From contig JBBRPR010000024.1 in the NCBI GenBank assembly GCA_038227875.1, positions 1-64,000 on the forward strand: a DNA stretch of 64,000 nt, in the 5' to 3' direction. The notes beneath the pieces are model-generated. The model did not search any database, was not told the DNA's origin, and saw only the letters and a list, made by a program, of their open reading frames with translations. Of the stretch, positions 39,041-49,875 are shown piece by piece; position 1 is the first letter of the stretch; every line of letters starts with the position of its first letter. This DNA is from Planctomycetota bacterium. GTDB lineage: Bacteria > Planctomycetota > SZUA-567 > H5-PLA8. The translations under genes and the position numbers were made by a program.

Positions 39041-40318
39041 TTATTTCGACGGCAGTTCCGAAATCTCGCGCGCGTGCGCTTTGAAATACTCCGTGTCGGC
39101 GTACTGCAGCGAAAGCTGATTGAGCTTTTCGTTCAGCGTCGCGCGATCCTTCTTCGCGTGCGCGGCTTCCGCGGCTTCGAAGAGTTCCTTCGCGAGGTCC
39201 TCGCGCGTCGGCGGACCTTTCACCGGTTCAACCGGCGCGATCGACGGGGTAAGGGGGGTGGGGGAGGGCGAAGTGGTGATGGATGCCGACGTGCCCGTGG
39301 ATGTCGTCACATCGCTCCGCGTTGACGTTTCTGGCGTGTTCTGCTGCTGCTGTTGCTGCTGCCGCCGTCGGCTCGCGTTGCCCAGGAAGATCAGCATCGC
39401 AATCGCGGCGACCGCGCCGAGGATCATGAACTTCACCTGCAGTCGCGCCGGCGCGGGGTTGGCAAGCGCCGCCGCCGCTTTCGCGCGATCGGTCTTGCAG
39501 TGTTCGATGGCGCGCAGCGCGTCCGCGGCGTTGGCGAAGCGCGCCTTGGGCTCCCGCGCCATCAGCTTCTCGACCAGCGCCACGAACGCCGGCGATAGCG
39601 CGGGGTTGGCCTGGCGCAAGGGGATTGGTTTTTCGGTGAGGACCTTCGCGATCACCGCGCCGGGGCCTGGACCGTCGAACGGCGCTTTGCCCGTGCTCAT
39701 CAGGTACAGCGACGCGCCGAGACTGTATAAATCGCTGCGTGCGTCGACGCCGACGCCTTTGCATTGTTCCGGCGACATATACTGCGGCGTGCCGAGCGTG
39801 GAGCCTTCCTGCGTCAGCTCCGTGACGTCTTCGTTGCCGACGAACCGCGCGAGGCCCAGGTCCGCGAGGCGCACGTGGCCGCGGCGGTCGATCAGGAAGT
39901 TGTCGGGCTTCACATCGCGGTGGAGCACCCCGCGGTCGTGTGCGAAGCGCAGCGCTTCGGCCATCTGCGCGGCGATGGTCAGCGCTTCGTCTTCGCTCAG
40001 CGCGCCCTGGTCGCGGATCTTCTGGCGGACCGATGAGCCGTCGACCAGCTCCATCGCGATGTAATGAAAACCTTCGGCGAAACCGGCATCGTAAACGGAG
40101 ACGACGTTGGGGTGCGCGAGCTTGCCGGCGGCCTTCGCTTCACGCATGAAGCGTGCGATGACGCGCTCGTCGTCGGCGACGCGCGAGGAGAGAAACTTGA
40201 GCGCCACGGGGCGGTCGACGGACAGCTGCCGCGCCTTGAAGACCACGCCCATGCCGCCGCGGCCGATCTCTTCCTGGATCAAGTAACCGTTGATGATCCG
40301 TCCGCTCAGCGTCTTCAT
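39041..40318 (-). CDS. Hanks-type Ser/Thr protein kinase with one TM
   Basis: IGRGGMGVVF, VALK, HRDVKPDN, DLGLA, GTPQYMSPEQ, DLYSLG. Confidence 0.95.
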   Translation of the reverse strand: MKTLSGRIINGYLIQEEIGRGGMGVVFKARQLSVDRPVALKFLSSRVADDERVIARFMREAKAAGKLAHPNVVSVYDAGFAEGFHYIAMELVDGSSVRQKIRDQGALSEDEALTIAAQMAEALRFAHDRGVLHRDVKPDNFLIDRRGHVRLADLGLARFVGNEDVTELTQEGSTLGTPQYMSPEQCKGVGVDARSDLYSLGASLYLMSTGKAPFDGPGPGAVIAKVLTEKPIPLRQANPALSPAFVALVEKLMAREPKARFANAADALRAIEHCKTDRAKAAAALANPAPARLQVKFMILGAVAAIAMLIFLGNASRRRQQQQQQQNTPETSTRSDVTTSTGTSASITTSPSPTPLTPSIAPVEPVKGPPTREDLAKELFEAAEAAHAKKDRATLNEKLNQLSLQYADTEYFKAHAREISELPSK

Positions 40319-40506
40319 GGTTTTCCATCGCCATTGTACCGCAGGCGTCCAACCTGCGGCACACCAGTATACCTTTGACGGTGGTCCGGGGTTGTATACC
40401 TTCTGTAACGCAGCCGTGTCACTGGACGTGCTGAAATTGCCTCGGGTTTGCCCGGCGCGAAACGGTTGATTTACGAAATGTAGTCTTTCTGCGGAGTTGA
40501 TGCAAC

Positions 40507-41718
<1,212 letters not shown>

Positions 41719-42016
41719 GGCGGCTCTTGGCTCCTAGCTCTTGGCTCTTGGGAGTGGAACAAGGCGGAGAAGAAGACAAGGCTGAAGAGCCTGTGGGTCA
41801 AGGAGCAGCGGCTGTTTGCTGCTCCTTGCTGTTGCGTTCCCGACTTTTGCGCAAGCGCTGAGTGTGCAACCCGGTTGACGTGTGATTTCAGGATTGGCCG
41901 CGCCGAGGCAAGGAGCAAGCAAACGGCCGCTTGCTCCTTGACACACCCAGCCATCAACTCGGCGCGCGCTTAACCCGACAGGCCCAAGAGCCAAAGGCTA
42001 ACAGCCAAGAGCCGCC
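41719..42016. mobile_element. Composite MITE/REPIN-like element: (GCTCTTG)n ends around an inverted CAAGGAGCA(A)GC REP pair
   Basis: Left end GGCGGCTCTTGG..GGGAGTGG; REPs at 41795-41828 and 41909-41944; right end CCCGACAGGCCCAAGAGCC..GAGCCGCC. Confidence 0.65.
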
Positions 42017-42033
42017 CTTCTGGAGCATCATTC

Positions 42034-42375
42034 ATGGCATGGACCGTTGGACTTCTCCTGCTCAGCAACATCTTCATGACGGCTGCGTGGTACGGGCATC
42101 TCAAATGGTTTCCGAAAACGGCGCTGTGGGCGACGATCCTGATCAGCTGGGGCATCGCGTTTTTCGAATACTGCCTGCAGGTTCCCGCCAATCGCTTCGG
42201 TAACGAAGCCAACGTGAGCAAGTATCAGCTGAAGATCGTGCAGGAAGTCATCTCGATCGCAGTCTTCATGGTTTTTGCGCTGTTCGTCTTTGGCGAGACG
42301 CCGAAGTGGAACCACTGGGTCGCGTTCGCGCTGATTATGGGCGCGGTCTATTTCGGCGTGATGCCGACGACGTGA
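42034..42375 (+). CDS. DMT family protein (DUF486-like)
   Basis: SNIFMTAAWYGHLK, SWGIAFFEYCLQVPANR.G, QLKIVQEVI. Confidence 0.9.
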   Translation: MAWTVGLLLLSNIFMTAAWYGHLKWFPKTALWATILISWGIAFFEYCLQVPANRFGNEANVSKYQLKIVQEVISIAVFMVFALFVFGETPKWNHWVAFALIMGAVYFGVMPTT

Positions 42376-42524
42376 GGTGTGACAAAAAGATGCCTTGTGC
42401 CAATTGGCACACGCAATATTCGACCAAGTCTATCGACGTAACCTTGTATTAAATTTAATACCTGGTCAAAAGCCAACATAAGGAAAATTTTCCTTAACTG
42501 CGTACGGAGTGCGGTACTAAGATC

Positions 42525-43727
42525 TCACGCCGCTTCACTCGGCGCACTGCGCTTGCGCGCGCGGCCTTTCAACACCAGCGATCCGCAGAGCAGATCGTGC
42601 AGGCTGCGTTCGTTCGGGTCAATCGCGGCGATGAACCAGCCGGGAATCAGCAGCCATTTGCAGACGGCGCGTAACATCACGCGGCCGGGTTTCAGCTCCG
42701 CGCCCAGGTAATTGCGGATCACCACGACCACCAGTTTCTTGCCGATGCTCGCGCCGATCAATAGATGCAAAAAGCCATCGTTGAAAATTCCGGTCAGAAT
42801 AAAAATCGCCAGGATCGTGCCGAAACCGACCAGCGACCGCGGCAGAATTCCCTGCAGCGCGGCGACGACTAACAGCGCCGTGACGGTGATTGCAAACGTG
42901 AGGTCGATGAAGCCGGCCAGGCCCCGGCGCAGAATTCCCGCCAGCGGCCACGCCGCGATGTGCCCGCCGCTGCCGACTTGAATCCGCGGCGTCTCCGGGC
43001 GCTGCGGACGCAGGCGGTCGGCGGCCGTCATCGCCGCCGTCGTCGCGGCCATGATCGGATCGTTCGACGACATGGGCACTTCCGGCACCAGCAGCGCCAG
43101 CTCGGTGACGATGTCGTCCTGCTGCAGCACCAGGTCCAGTGCCTTGTCCAGATCGGCTTTGGTGAACGTCGCCGATTTTTTGCGCTCCGGCAATTCCGTG
43201 CTCCCCGGCGCGCTGCCGGGCACAACGCCGAAGTCCAGCGTCTTCAACAACGCGTCGTGGCCGGGCAGCCGGATGCGCCGCCCGCATTTCGGGCAGCGAC
43301 CGTACGCATTTTCGCTGCGCGTGGGCGTCAGCAGCCGCTTGCCGCAAAAGCACGTCACCTTCCAATGCTCTTTGCCGTTCAGTTCGGTGACCAGCTCGTA
43401 TTCCGGCGCCTGATCGTAAGACCCCGACGGCGCCTTGATGTTCTTCGTCTCCAGCATCGGATCGGTGTGCGAGGTGAGATTGGGACTTGGCGCGCGCCGC
43501 ACGGTCTGAGCGTTGGGGTCGGACGCCGGACTGTCGTCGCTTTGCATCGGCACGCTGATCGTCGTGTCTTCCGGCCGCGAATTCGCGCCCTCGCCGCGCC
43601 CTTGATCGCGCTTGGGCACCGGCACATCGACGCTCTTCTGGCACTTCAAACAATACGCCTTCCGCCCCGCAAACGTCTCGGGAACCTCCAGCACCTCGCC
43701 GCAGGAACATTGGAACGAAATTACCAT
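42525..43727 (-). CDS. RDD family protein with two N-terminal zinc ribbons
   Basis: CSCG..C..C and CFCG..CPKC; RRGLAGFID...SIGKK...LHDLLCGSLV. Confidence 0.85.
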   Translation of the reverse strand: MVISFQCSCGEVLEVPETFAGRKAYCLKCQKSVDVPVPKRDQGRGEGANSRPEDTTISVPMQSDDSPASDPNAQTVRRAPSPNLTSHTDPMLETKNIKAPSGSYDQAPEYELVTELNGKEHWKVTCFCGKRLLTPTRSENAYGRCPKCGRRIRLPGHDALLKTLDFGVVPGSAPGSTELPERKKSATFTKADLDKALDLVLQQDDIVTELALLVPEVPMSSNDPIMAATTAAMTAADRLRPQRPETPRIQVGSGGHIAAWPLAGILRRGLAGFIDLTFAITVTALLVVAALQGILPRSLVGFGTILAIFILTGIFNDGFLHLLIGASIGKKLVVVVIRNYLGAELKPGRVMLRAVCKWLLIPGWFIAAIDPNERSLHDLLCGSLVLKGRARKRSAPSEAA

Positions 43728-43780
43728 AGATGGGTTATCGTCGGCCGAATTGCGAGAGGCGTCAATGGATAAACGGCGCT

Positions 43781-44030
43781 TCGCGCAGGGGTCAGGGGCC
43801 AGGGGCCAGGGGTCAGAAATAGAGCGCGCGCAGGGGAGGTATAATGCGCGTTCGTTCCGGGGGGCAGAGTTGGCTTGAGGGCGTCACGTATCGCCGCTCG
43901 CAACACTTCCTACTGCTCCTGCCTTCTGCTTCTTTCACCCAGAAGTAAACCTGGCGCACGACCACCCCTGCGCGCGCTCTATTCTGACCCCTGCCCCTGC
44001 CCCCTGACCCCTGACCCCTGGCCCCTCGCG
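43781..44030. repeat. MITE-like element with (AGGGGYC)n/(GRCCCCT)n inverted ends
   Basis: aggggtcagaaatagagcgcgcgcagggg versus cccctgcgcgcgctctattctgacccct; lies between divergent genes. Confidence 0.7.
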
Positions 44031-44126
44031 CGTTAGCGCGCTCCCCCTTGCCACCTGCCAATGCTCGCGCTAACATGTCTGACGTAGCGGCCCTTCGGCC
44101 CGCGCTTCTCGGGGGTTTACTGATTC

Positions 44127-45101
44127 ATGCGACGCATCGATGCTCATTGTCATTTCAACGGCAATCATCCGGCTTCAGCAAAATTCTGCGACGATCTCAA
44201 CGTCAAGATCTTGAGCATTTGCATCGGCACCGATACCAACGGCGCGTGGCGCACGCAGGCCGACCGTTACGGCGCGATGACCCAGAAATATCCCGAGCAG
44301 TACGCGTGGATCACCAGCTTCGATCTGCCGCGCTTCGATGACCGGGGCTACGTCGACAAGGTGATCAACCAGCTCGACCGTGATTTCGCGGCCGGCGCGA
44401 TCGCCTGCAAAGTCTGGAAGAATCTGGGCATGGAAGTAAAGCACCCCGACGGGCGCTGGTTCCAGGTCGACGATCCGCTGCTCTCGCCGATCTTCGATTA
44501 CCTGGCAAAGTCGAACAAGACGCTGGCGATGCATATCGGCGAACCGATGGCCTGCTGGCGTCCGCTCGACAAGACCAGCCCGCACTACGGCTACTACAGC
44601 GTCAATCCGCAGTGGCACATGTACGGCAAATCCGAATGGCTTTCGCACGCCGATCACATCAAGGCGCGCGACAACGTCGCCGCTCAGCACCCCACGCTGC
44701 GCATCGTCGGCTGCCACTTTGGCAGTCTGGAATACGATACCGACGAAGTCGCCAAGCGTCTCGACCAGTACCCCAACTTTGCCGTCGATACGTCCGCGCG
44801 GCTGGGCGACATGATGATCCAGGACCGCGAGAAGGTGCGGAACTTCTTCCTGAAGTACCAGGACCGCATTCTCTTCGGCACCGACCTGTTCACTCACGCC
44901 GACGTACCCAGCCCCACCGACGAACAGCGCGCGCAGATTCACAAAGACGTCAAGGAATGCGCGCTGGCGTGGTTCGATTTCCTCGGCACCGACAAGGTTG
45001 TCAGCTACTGGGACCACTCCGCCAAGGGCCTGGCCCTACCCCCGGACGTCTGCGAAAAGATCTGGCTGCACAACGCCAAGCACTGGTACCCGGGGATCTG
45101 A
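44127..45101 (+). CDS. Amidohydrolase family protein (Amidohydro_2-like)
   Basis: IDAHCH, KVWKNLG, MHIGEP, GCHFGS, RILFGTD. Confidence 0.88.
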   Translation: MRRIDAHCHFNGNHPASAKFCDDLNVKILSICIGTDTNGAWRTQADRYGAMTQKYPEQYAWITSFDLPRFDDRGYVDKVINQLDRDFAAGAIACKVWKNLGMEVKHPDGRWFQVDDPLLSPIFDYLAKSNKTLAMHIGEPMACWRPLDKTSPHYGYYSVNPQWHMYGKSEWLSHADHIKARDNVAAQHPTLRIVGCHFGSLEYDTDEVAKRLDQYPNFAVDTSARLGDMMIQDREKVRNFFLKYQDRILFGTDLFTHADVPSPTDEQRAQIHKDVKECALAWFDFLGTDKVVSYWDHSAKGLALPPDVCEKIWLHNAKHWYPGI

Positions 45102-45103
45102 GT

Positions 45104-45642
45104 GGCGGCTCCTGGCTCTTGGGAGTGGGGCAGGGGGTTGACGCGAAGCACGGCGAGATGGTTGTGTGTCAAGGAGCAAGCGGCCGTATGCTTGCTCCTT
45201 GCTCAGCGCCTGTCGCTTTAAAAAACATGCTTCTTTCCAGTGAGTGACGCGTGCGCGGGAATCGCAGCCCCTATGGAAATCCATCCCAACCACGCCGCCG
45301 CGCTCAAAACGCTCAGCCCCGCGTTGCGTCCCATTCTCGATCTCGAACTCGCGCTCGGCAACGCGGTCCACGCGGCGGATCTCGGCGCCTGGTCGGATTC
45401 CCCGCTGGTCGTCACACTGCGCAACCCGCTCCACCTCGACGACATCCGCACGAAACTCGCGCTGCCGTCCGATCGCGTGACGTTCTGGGAAAACACCGAC
45501 ACGCACTATCCACTCGAACGCGGCTTCTCCTGCAAAGAGACGAAGCACTCGATCTCAGGACCGACGGGCATTTAGCTCTTGGCACCAACTCTTCCCGACA
45601 GGCCCAAGAGCCGAGAGCCAAGAGCCAGCAGCCAGGAGCCGC
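45104..45642. mobile_element. Second copy of the composite element, enclosing one REP and a cargo gene
   Basis: Same left and right ends as 41719-42016; REP at 45166-45201; ORF 45273-45575 inside. Confidence 0.55.
45273..45575 (+). CDS. Small hypothetical protein
   Basis: Protein-like 100 aa (LRPILDLELALGNAV...FWENTDTHY...CKETKHSISGP). Confidence 0.65.
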   Translation: MEIHPNHAAALKTLSPALRPILDLELALGNAVHAADLGAWSDSPLVVTLRNPLHLDDIRTKLALPSDRVTFWENTDTHYPLERGFSCKETKHSISGPTGI

Positions 45643-45749
45643 TTATAATCTCGCCCCGAAATTCTAATGGCTAACTTCATCCCTTCGGGCAAAATCGCTG
45701 CTCCCGCGGACACAGTTTGCCCACGGAAAGAAGCCCCCAAGGAGAAATC

Positions 45750-47483
45750 ATGAATCGAGCTAGCGTCCGTACGCTGCTGAAGCCGTGTATTGTGTTCGCC
45801 GTCGTGGTCTTGAGTTCCTTCACGCTCCGCGCCGAAGATGTGCCTCAGCCCATTGATCTGGGCACCAAGGACGTCTCGGTCTATGTGGCCGTGCCCAACT
45901 TGAATTCCTTGCTCGACAACGCCGAAGCGGTGGCCAAGCAGTTCAATCCGCAGCAGCCGCCTGGACAGTTGAAGATGACGCTGGGCTTCATGCTCGGCGA
46001 TCCGGCGCTGGCCAATCTCGATGCCTCCAAGCCGATCGTCGCAATGCTCTTCAAGACGCCGCCGACGGATACGCCCGCCGGTCCGCCGCCGTTCGCGCTC
46101 TTCATTCCCGCCAAGGCCGCCGCGCCGTTCGACGGAGCCTTCACGCGCATGAAGATGGTAACGTCATTCTCCGGCGGCGTGCTCGTCGTCGCGCAGACCG
46201 CTGACGCCCTGACTCTGGGCCAGACACAACTGGCCGCTTATCAGAAGATCGCCGACGCCAAGATCAAGGGCGACGTGCGCGTGTATCTGGGCGCCGCCAA
46301 CCTGATGGAAAGCTTTGGTCCGCTGGTGCAGAAGGGCATGGACCTGGTCAAGCAGCAGTTGGCCGTGGCCACGGCCGCCAATCCCGCTGCCGCCGGCATG
46401 GACCCCCAGGCGCTGGGAAAGATTCTGGGCATCGAAATGAAGGTGCTCGCCGAAATGCTCAACGAACTCGATTCAGTCCAGTACGACATCTCGATCAAAG
46501 CCGACCAGATCAACGTGGAACATCTCGTCTGCGCCAAGAAGGAAAGCCCGCTGGCCGCGCTCTTCGGCACGCCGCCTCCCGGCATCAACAAGACGCTGAT
46601 GCTGCTGTCCAAGAGCGGGTCGATGACCGGCGCGTTCCGCATCAGCCCCGCTGGCTACAAGGTCTTCATCAACAAAATGATCTCGCTGGTGACCAAGGAT
46701 CCGGAATTCGCGGACGTCGGCGGTAAGGACGTGCAGGAAATGTTCAGTGGCATGGCCGACTACATGGGCGGCGACATGGCCATGTCGATGGATCTGCTGC
46801 CCACCGGCGGCATGGCGATGGAAATGGCTGTAACCATCACCGACGATAAAAAATACCTGACCTTCGTGGAGAACATGGTCAAGCTGATGGGTCCGGACGG
46901 CTCCCTGGGGAAGATGTACGCGGACATGGGCATGAAGATGACTGCCGAGCTGCAGAAAGCTGTGCGTCAGCACGGTGGCGTGGATGTTCATCGCATGAAG
47001 ATCGACTTCGACACCACCAAGATGGCGCCTGCGCAAGCCGCGCAGATCAAGAATATGCCCAAGGAAACAGACGTGGCGATCGTCAAAGGACTCTACCTCG
47101 GGTCGTATGATCCGGCGGAACTCGACAAGCTGATCGACAAGGCCCTCGCCGGCAACGTCAAGCCTGACGTCTCCCTGGAATCGATCTCCGCGTTTGGCGA
47201 CGGCAAGCAGGTCTACATGGACCTTGACGCCATCGGCTTTATGCAGAATGCCATGGCCGCCATGCCCGGCAATCCTGCTTCGGCGATGTTCAGCCAGCTG
47301 AAATCCAAAGCGCCGATGCTGATGGCCGGCAGCTACAACGGCGGTCGCTTCTTTGGCCAGATCCGCGTTCCGCTGGCGCCGTTCATCGAAATGTCGACGA
47401 TCGCCCGCAAAGGCGCCGGCAAAGCTCCCGCACCCGCCCCGGGCCCAGGCGACGGCGACGAGAAGAAGGACGAGAAGTTTTGA
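45750..47483 (+). CDS. Secreted Met-rich hypothetical protein
   Basis: AAGGAG RBS, signal peptide, strong host-like codon bias, followed by a terminator. Confidence 0.8.
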   Translation: MNRASVRTLLKPCIVFAVVVLSSFTLRAEDVPQPIDLGTKDVSVYVAVPNLNSLLDNAEAVAKQFNPQQPPGQLKMTLGFMLGDPALANLDASKPIVAMLFKTPPTDTPAGPPPFALFIPAKAAAPFDGAFTRMKMVTSFSGGVLVVAQTADALTLGQTQLAAYQKIADAKIKGDVRVYLGAANLMESFGPLVQKGMDLVKQQLAVATAANPAAAGMDPQALGKILGIEMKVLAEMLNELDSVQYDISIKADQINVEHLVCAKKESPLAALFGTPPPGINKTLMLLSKSGSMTGAFRISPAGYKVFINKMISLVTKDPEFADVGGKDVQEMFSGMADYMGGDMAMSMDLLPTGGMAMEMAVTITDDKKYLTFVENMVKLMGPDGSLGKMYADMGMKMTAELQKAVRQHGGVDVHRMKIDFDTTKMAPAQAAQIKNMPKETDVAIVKGLYLGSYDPAELDKLIDKALAGNVKPDVSLESISAFGDGKQVYMDLDAIGFMQNAMAAMPGNPASAMFSQLKSKAPMLMAGSYNGGRFFGQIRVPLAPFIEMSTIARKGAGKAPAPAPGPGDGDEKKDEKF

Positions 47484-47513
47484 TCGAATGACGAATGTCG
47501 AATGTCGAATGTC

Positions 47514-47551
47514 GAAAAAGCGCGCCGCATGTAGCGGCGCGTTTTTTTTTC
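47514..47551 (+). terminator. Rho-independent terminator, possibly bidirectional
   Basis: gaaaaagCGCGCCGC-atgta-GCGGCGCG-T9, preceded by (GAATGTC)n. Confidence 0.85.
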
Positions 47552-47574
47552 GAAAGAGTAGCGCTTGAGTCTGT

Positions 47575-47753
47575 AAAAAATCGAGCCATAACCCGCGAGG
47601 GGTGGCCCGGCCCCTCGGGCCGGGTTGCGTCAGCAACAAGAGGCTCCAGGACGGACGTTCCCCTGCCGGAATTTCATACGACTTCGTAGCGATCTGTACT
47701 GTCGTTGCCTCTAAAGCCACCCTCGCGCGTTGGTCGCTGAGTGAAGGCTCGGA
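47575..47753 (-). ncRNA. Candidate structured non-coding RNA, about 180 nt (6S-sized)
   Basis: Nested pairings CGAGCC/GGCUCG, CGCGAGGGUGG/CCACCCCUCGCG and GCAACGA/UUGUUGC, an internal CCCGGCCC/GGGCCGGG hairpin, and a U6 directly after the closing stem. Confidence 0.5.
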
Positions 47754-47840
47754 TAGCAGATTCTCCACGCCTCCCCGCACGGTTCTGCCGATACCTCATC
47801 ACCGCTGCTCTTCCACTTTTCGGAAAAGTACGAAGGCGGT

Positions 47841-47869
47841 TTGAATTTGGTGTCCCCCAATCCTAAAAT
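47841..47869 (+). promoter_or_regulatory. Sigma-70-type promoter of lspA-pyrD (near-leaderless)
   Basis: TTGAAT-17 nt-TAAAAT, 9 nt before ATG 47879. Confidence 0.65.
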
Positions 47870-47878
47870 CGTGCAAAG

Positions 47879-48448
47879 ATGCGCAAACCTCAGAATTTCA
47901 CATTGCTGGTGCTGATTGGGATTGTCCTCGATCATGCTTCCAAATTCCTGGTCTTCACCAAGCTGGCACCCGGACAGTTCGTGGTGGTGGCCGACAACTG
48001 GCTGGAAATCCGCCCCGAGAAAAACTTCGGCGTCGCCTTCAGCATGTTCCGCAATCACCCGTCCTTCATTCTCATCGTCTCGCTCATCGCGCTCGCGCTG
48101 ATTACCCTGCTCTATATCCGCGTCTGGCGCACCGCGCATCCGCTCCTGGTCTGTTCGCTGGGCTTGCTCCTCGTCGGCGCGATCGGCAACCTGATCGACC
48201 GGCTCGTCTTCGGCTTCGTCCGCGACTTCATCGACTTCGTCCACCCGCTGCCGATCGTCGAACACTGGGCCGTCTTCAACGTCGCCGACATCTGCATCAC
48301 CGTCGGCGTCTTCCTCTTTCTGATCACCGAGATTTTCTTCAAAGACCCCGCGCACGCGAAACCCACTCCGGCTGTGGAAGTTACGCCTGCCGCGCCCGCG
48401 AGCGCGCCGCCCGCGTCGACTTCATCGAGTTCAGGAAACACGCCATGA
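47879..48448 (+). CDS. lspA: Lipoprotein signal peptidase (SPase II)
   Basis: LDHASK, NFGVAFS, GAIGNLIDR, VRDFID, FNVAD. Confidence 0.95.
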   Translation: MRKPQNFTLLVLIGIVLDHASKFLVFTKLAPGQFVVVADNWLEIRPEKNFGVAFSMFRNHPSFILIVSLIALALITLLYIRVWRTAHPLLVCSLGLLLVGAIGNLIDRLVFGFVRDFIDFVHPLPIVEHWAVFNVADICITVGVFLFLITEIFFKDPAHAKPTPAVEVTPAAPASAPPASTSSSSGNTP

Positions 48449-49356
48449 GCGACCTGTCTGTCAAACTCGGGCCCCTGACGCTCAATGGCCCGCTGATCGC
48501 CGCATCGGGAACGTTCGGTTACGGCAGCGAGTACGCACCGATCGTCGATCTGTCGAAACTCGGCGCGGTCGTGACCAAATCCTTAAGCGTCCTGCCGCGC
48601 GAAGGCAATCCCGCACCGCGCATCTGGGAAACGCCGGCGGGGATGCTCAACGCCATCGGCCTGGAAAATTGTGGCCTGGAAAGTTTCATCGCGCACCGCG
48701 TACCAGAACTGGCCACGCTCCCCACGAAAGTGCTGGTCAACGTCGTCGGCAATTCGATTGAAGACTACGCGACGATCTGCTCGCGCCTGGATTCCGTGGA
48801 AGCCGTCGACGGCTTTGAAATCAACATCTCCTGTCCCAACGTGAAGCACGGTTGCGCGTTCTCGTCGCGCGCCGACGACTGCCTGCGCCTGATCAAAGCG
48901 CTGCGACCGACGACGAAGAAGCTGCTGATGATCAAGCTCTCGCCCAACGTCACCGACATCGCCGAAATCGCGCGCGCCGCGGTGGAAGGCGGCGGCGACG
49001 CGCTCTCGCTGATCAACACCGTACTGGGCATGGCCATCGACCCGAAGACGCGCAAGCCGCGCATCGCCAACACGACCGGCGGACTTTCCGGCCCGGCCAT
49101 CCGCCCCGTCGCCGTGCGCTGCGTCTACCAGGTCGCCAGGGCCTGCCCGAACGTGCCGATCGTCGGTATCGGCGGCATCCGCACTGTCGCCGACGCGCTG
49201 GAATTTTTCATCGCCGGCGCCTGCGCCGTCCAAGCCGGCACCGTCAACTATATCGACCCCGATTTCTCCAACCGCTTCAACGCCGAACTGAACACGTGGC
49301 TCGATGCTGAGAAGCTCTCCTCACTCAAGCAACTCGTCGGCACCGTTCAGATCTAA
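48445..49356 (+). CDS. pyrD: Dihydroorotate dehydrogenase, family 1 catalytic subunit
   Basis: ASGTFGYG, GMLNAIGLEN, EINISCPNVK, KLSPNVTDI, GGLSGPAIRP. Confidence 0.95.
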   Translation: MSDLSVKLGPLTLNGPLIAASGTFGYGSEYAPIVDLSKLGAVVTKSLSVLPREGNPAPRIWETPAGMLNAIGLENCGLESFIAHRVPELATLPTKVLVNVVGNSIEDYATICSRLDSVEAVDGFEINISCPNVKHGCAFSSRADDCLRLIKALRPTTKKLLMIKLSPNVTDIAEIARAAVEGGGDALSLINTVLGMAIDPKTRKPRIANTTGGLSGPAIRPVAVRCVYQVARACPNVPIVGIGGIRTVADALEFFIAGACAVQAGTVNYIDPDFSNRFNAELNTWLDAEKLSSLKQLVGTVQI

Positions 49357-49535
49357 ACCGCACGTCGTATCTCAATATCGAAAATCGGTGCCCGGCGCGT
49401 CGATCCACTTCAGGCATTTATGTCTTTGCGCACGCACGTGCTGGGCGGGAAATCGCCCATGCGCGGTGGCTCCATAGTTGCGCCGATTCTCCCAGAGAAC
49501 GATTTTCTGCAATGCGACTCAAAGGAGATTCAATC

Positions 49536-49865
49536 GTGAGAAAAACGAAAGAGAACCTGGCCCACCCCGCTCGTGGCAATGCGCAGATGCGTGACGCTGC
49601 CGAGACGGCGAACGAAGAACGCGCCGAAGCCACCGGCGGCGCGTTGTCCACCGACGGTGTCGGCTCCGGCTTCGATGCCGAAGACGCGGAAGACGCCGAA
49701 GTGGAGACCGACGAAGCCACCGGCGATGGACCGATGTCCGGCGAAATGACCGACCCGCCCACCACCAAGCGAGCGGAAGGCACGAAGAAGAACCGCAAGC
49801 ACGGCTTGAAGCCGCCACACGGCAAGAGCAACCACGCTGCCGCAAACTCGTCGAAGAAAATCTGA
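49536..49865 (+). CDS. Small acidic, probably disordered hypothetical protein
   Basis: AAGGAG 8 nt before GTG; D/E-rich centre and basic tail. Confidence 0.55.
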   Translation: MRKTKENLAHPARGNAQMRDAAETANEERAEATGGALSTDGVGSGFDAEDAEDAEVETDEATGDGPMSGEMTDPPTTKRAEGTKKNRKHGLKPPHGKSNHAAANSSKKI

Positions 49866-49875
49866 GCCGCGCGGG

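Noticed and set aside
39340..39365. Poly-Gln (CAG) tract in the kinase as a contingency locus
   Set aside because: It is short, in frame and interrupted by CAA, so it is an ordinary linker.
47770..47795. Group II intron domain V-like gcacggttctg
   Set aside because: There is no matching GAGCCG…GAAA 5' arm and no intron-encoded protein.
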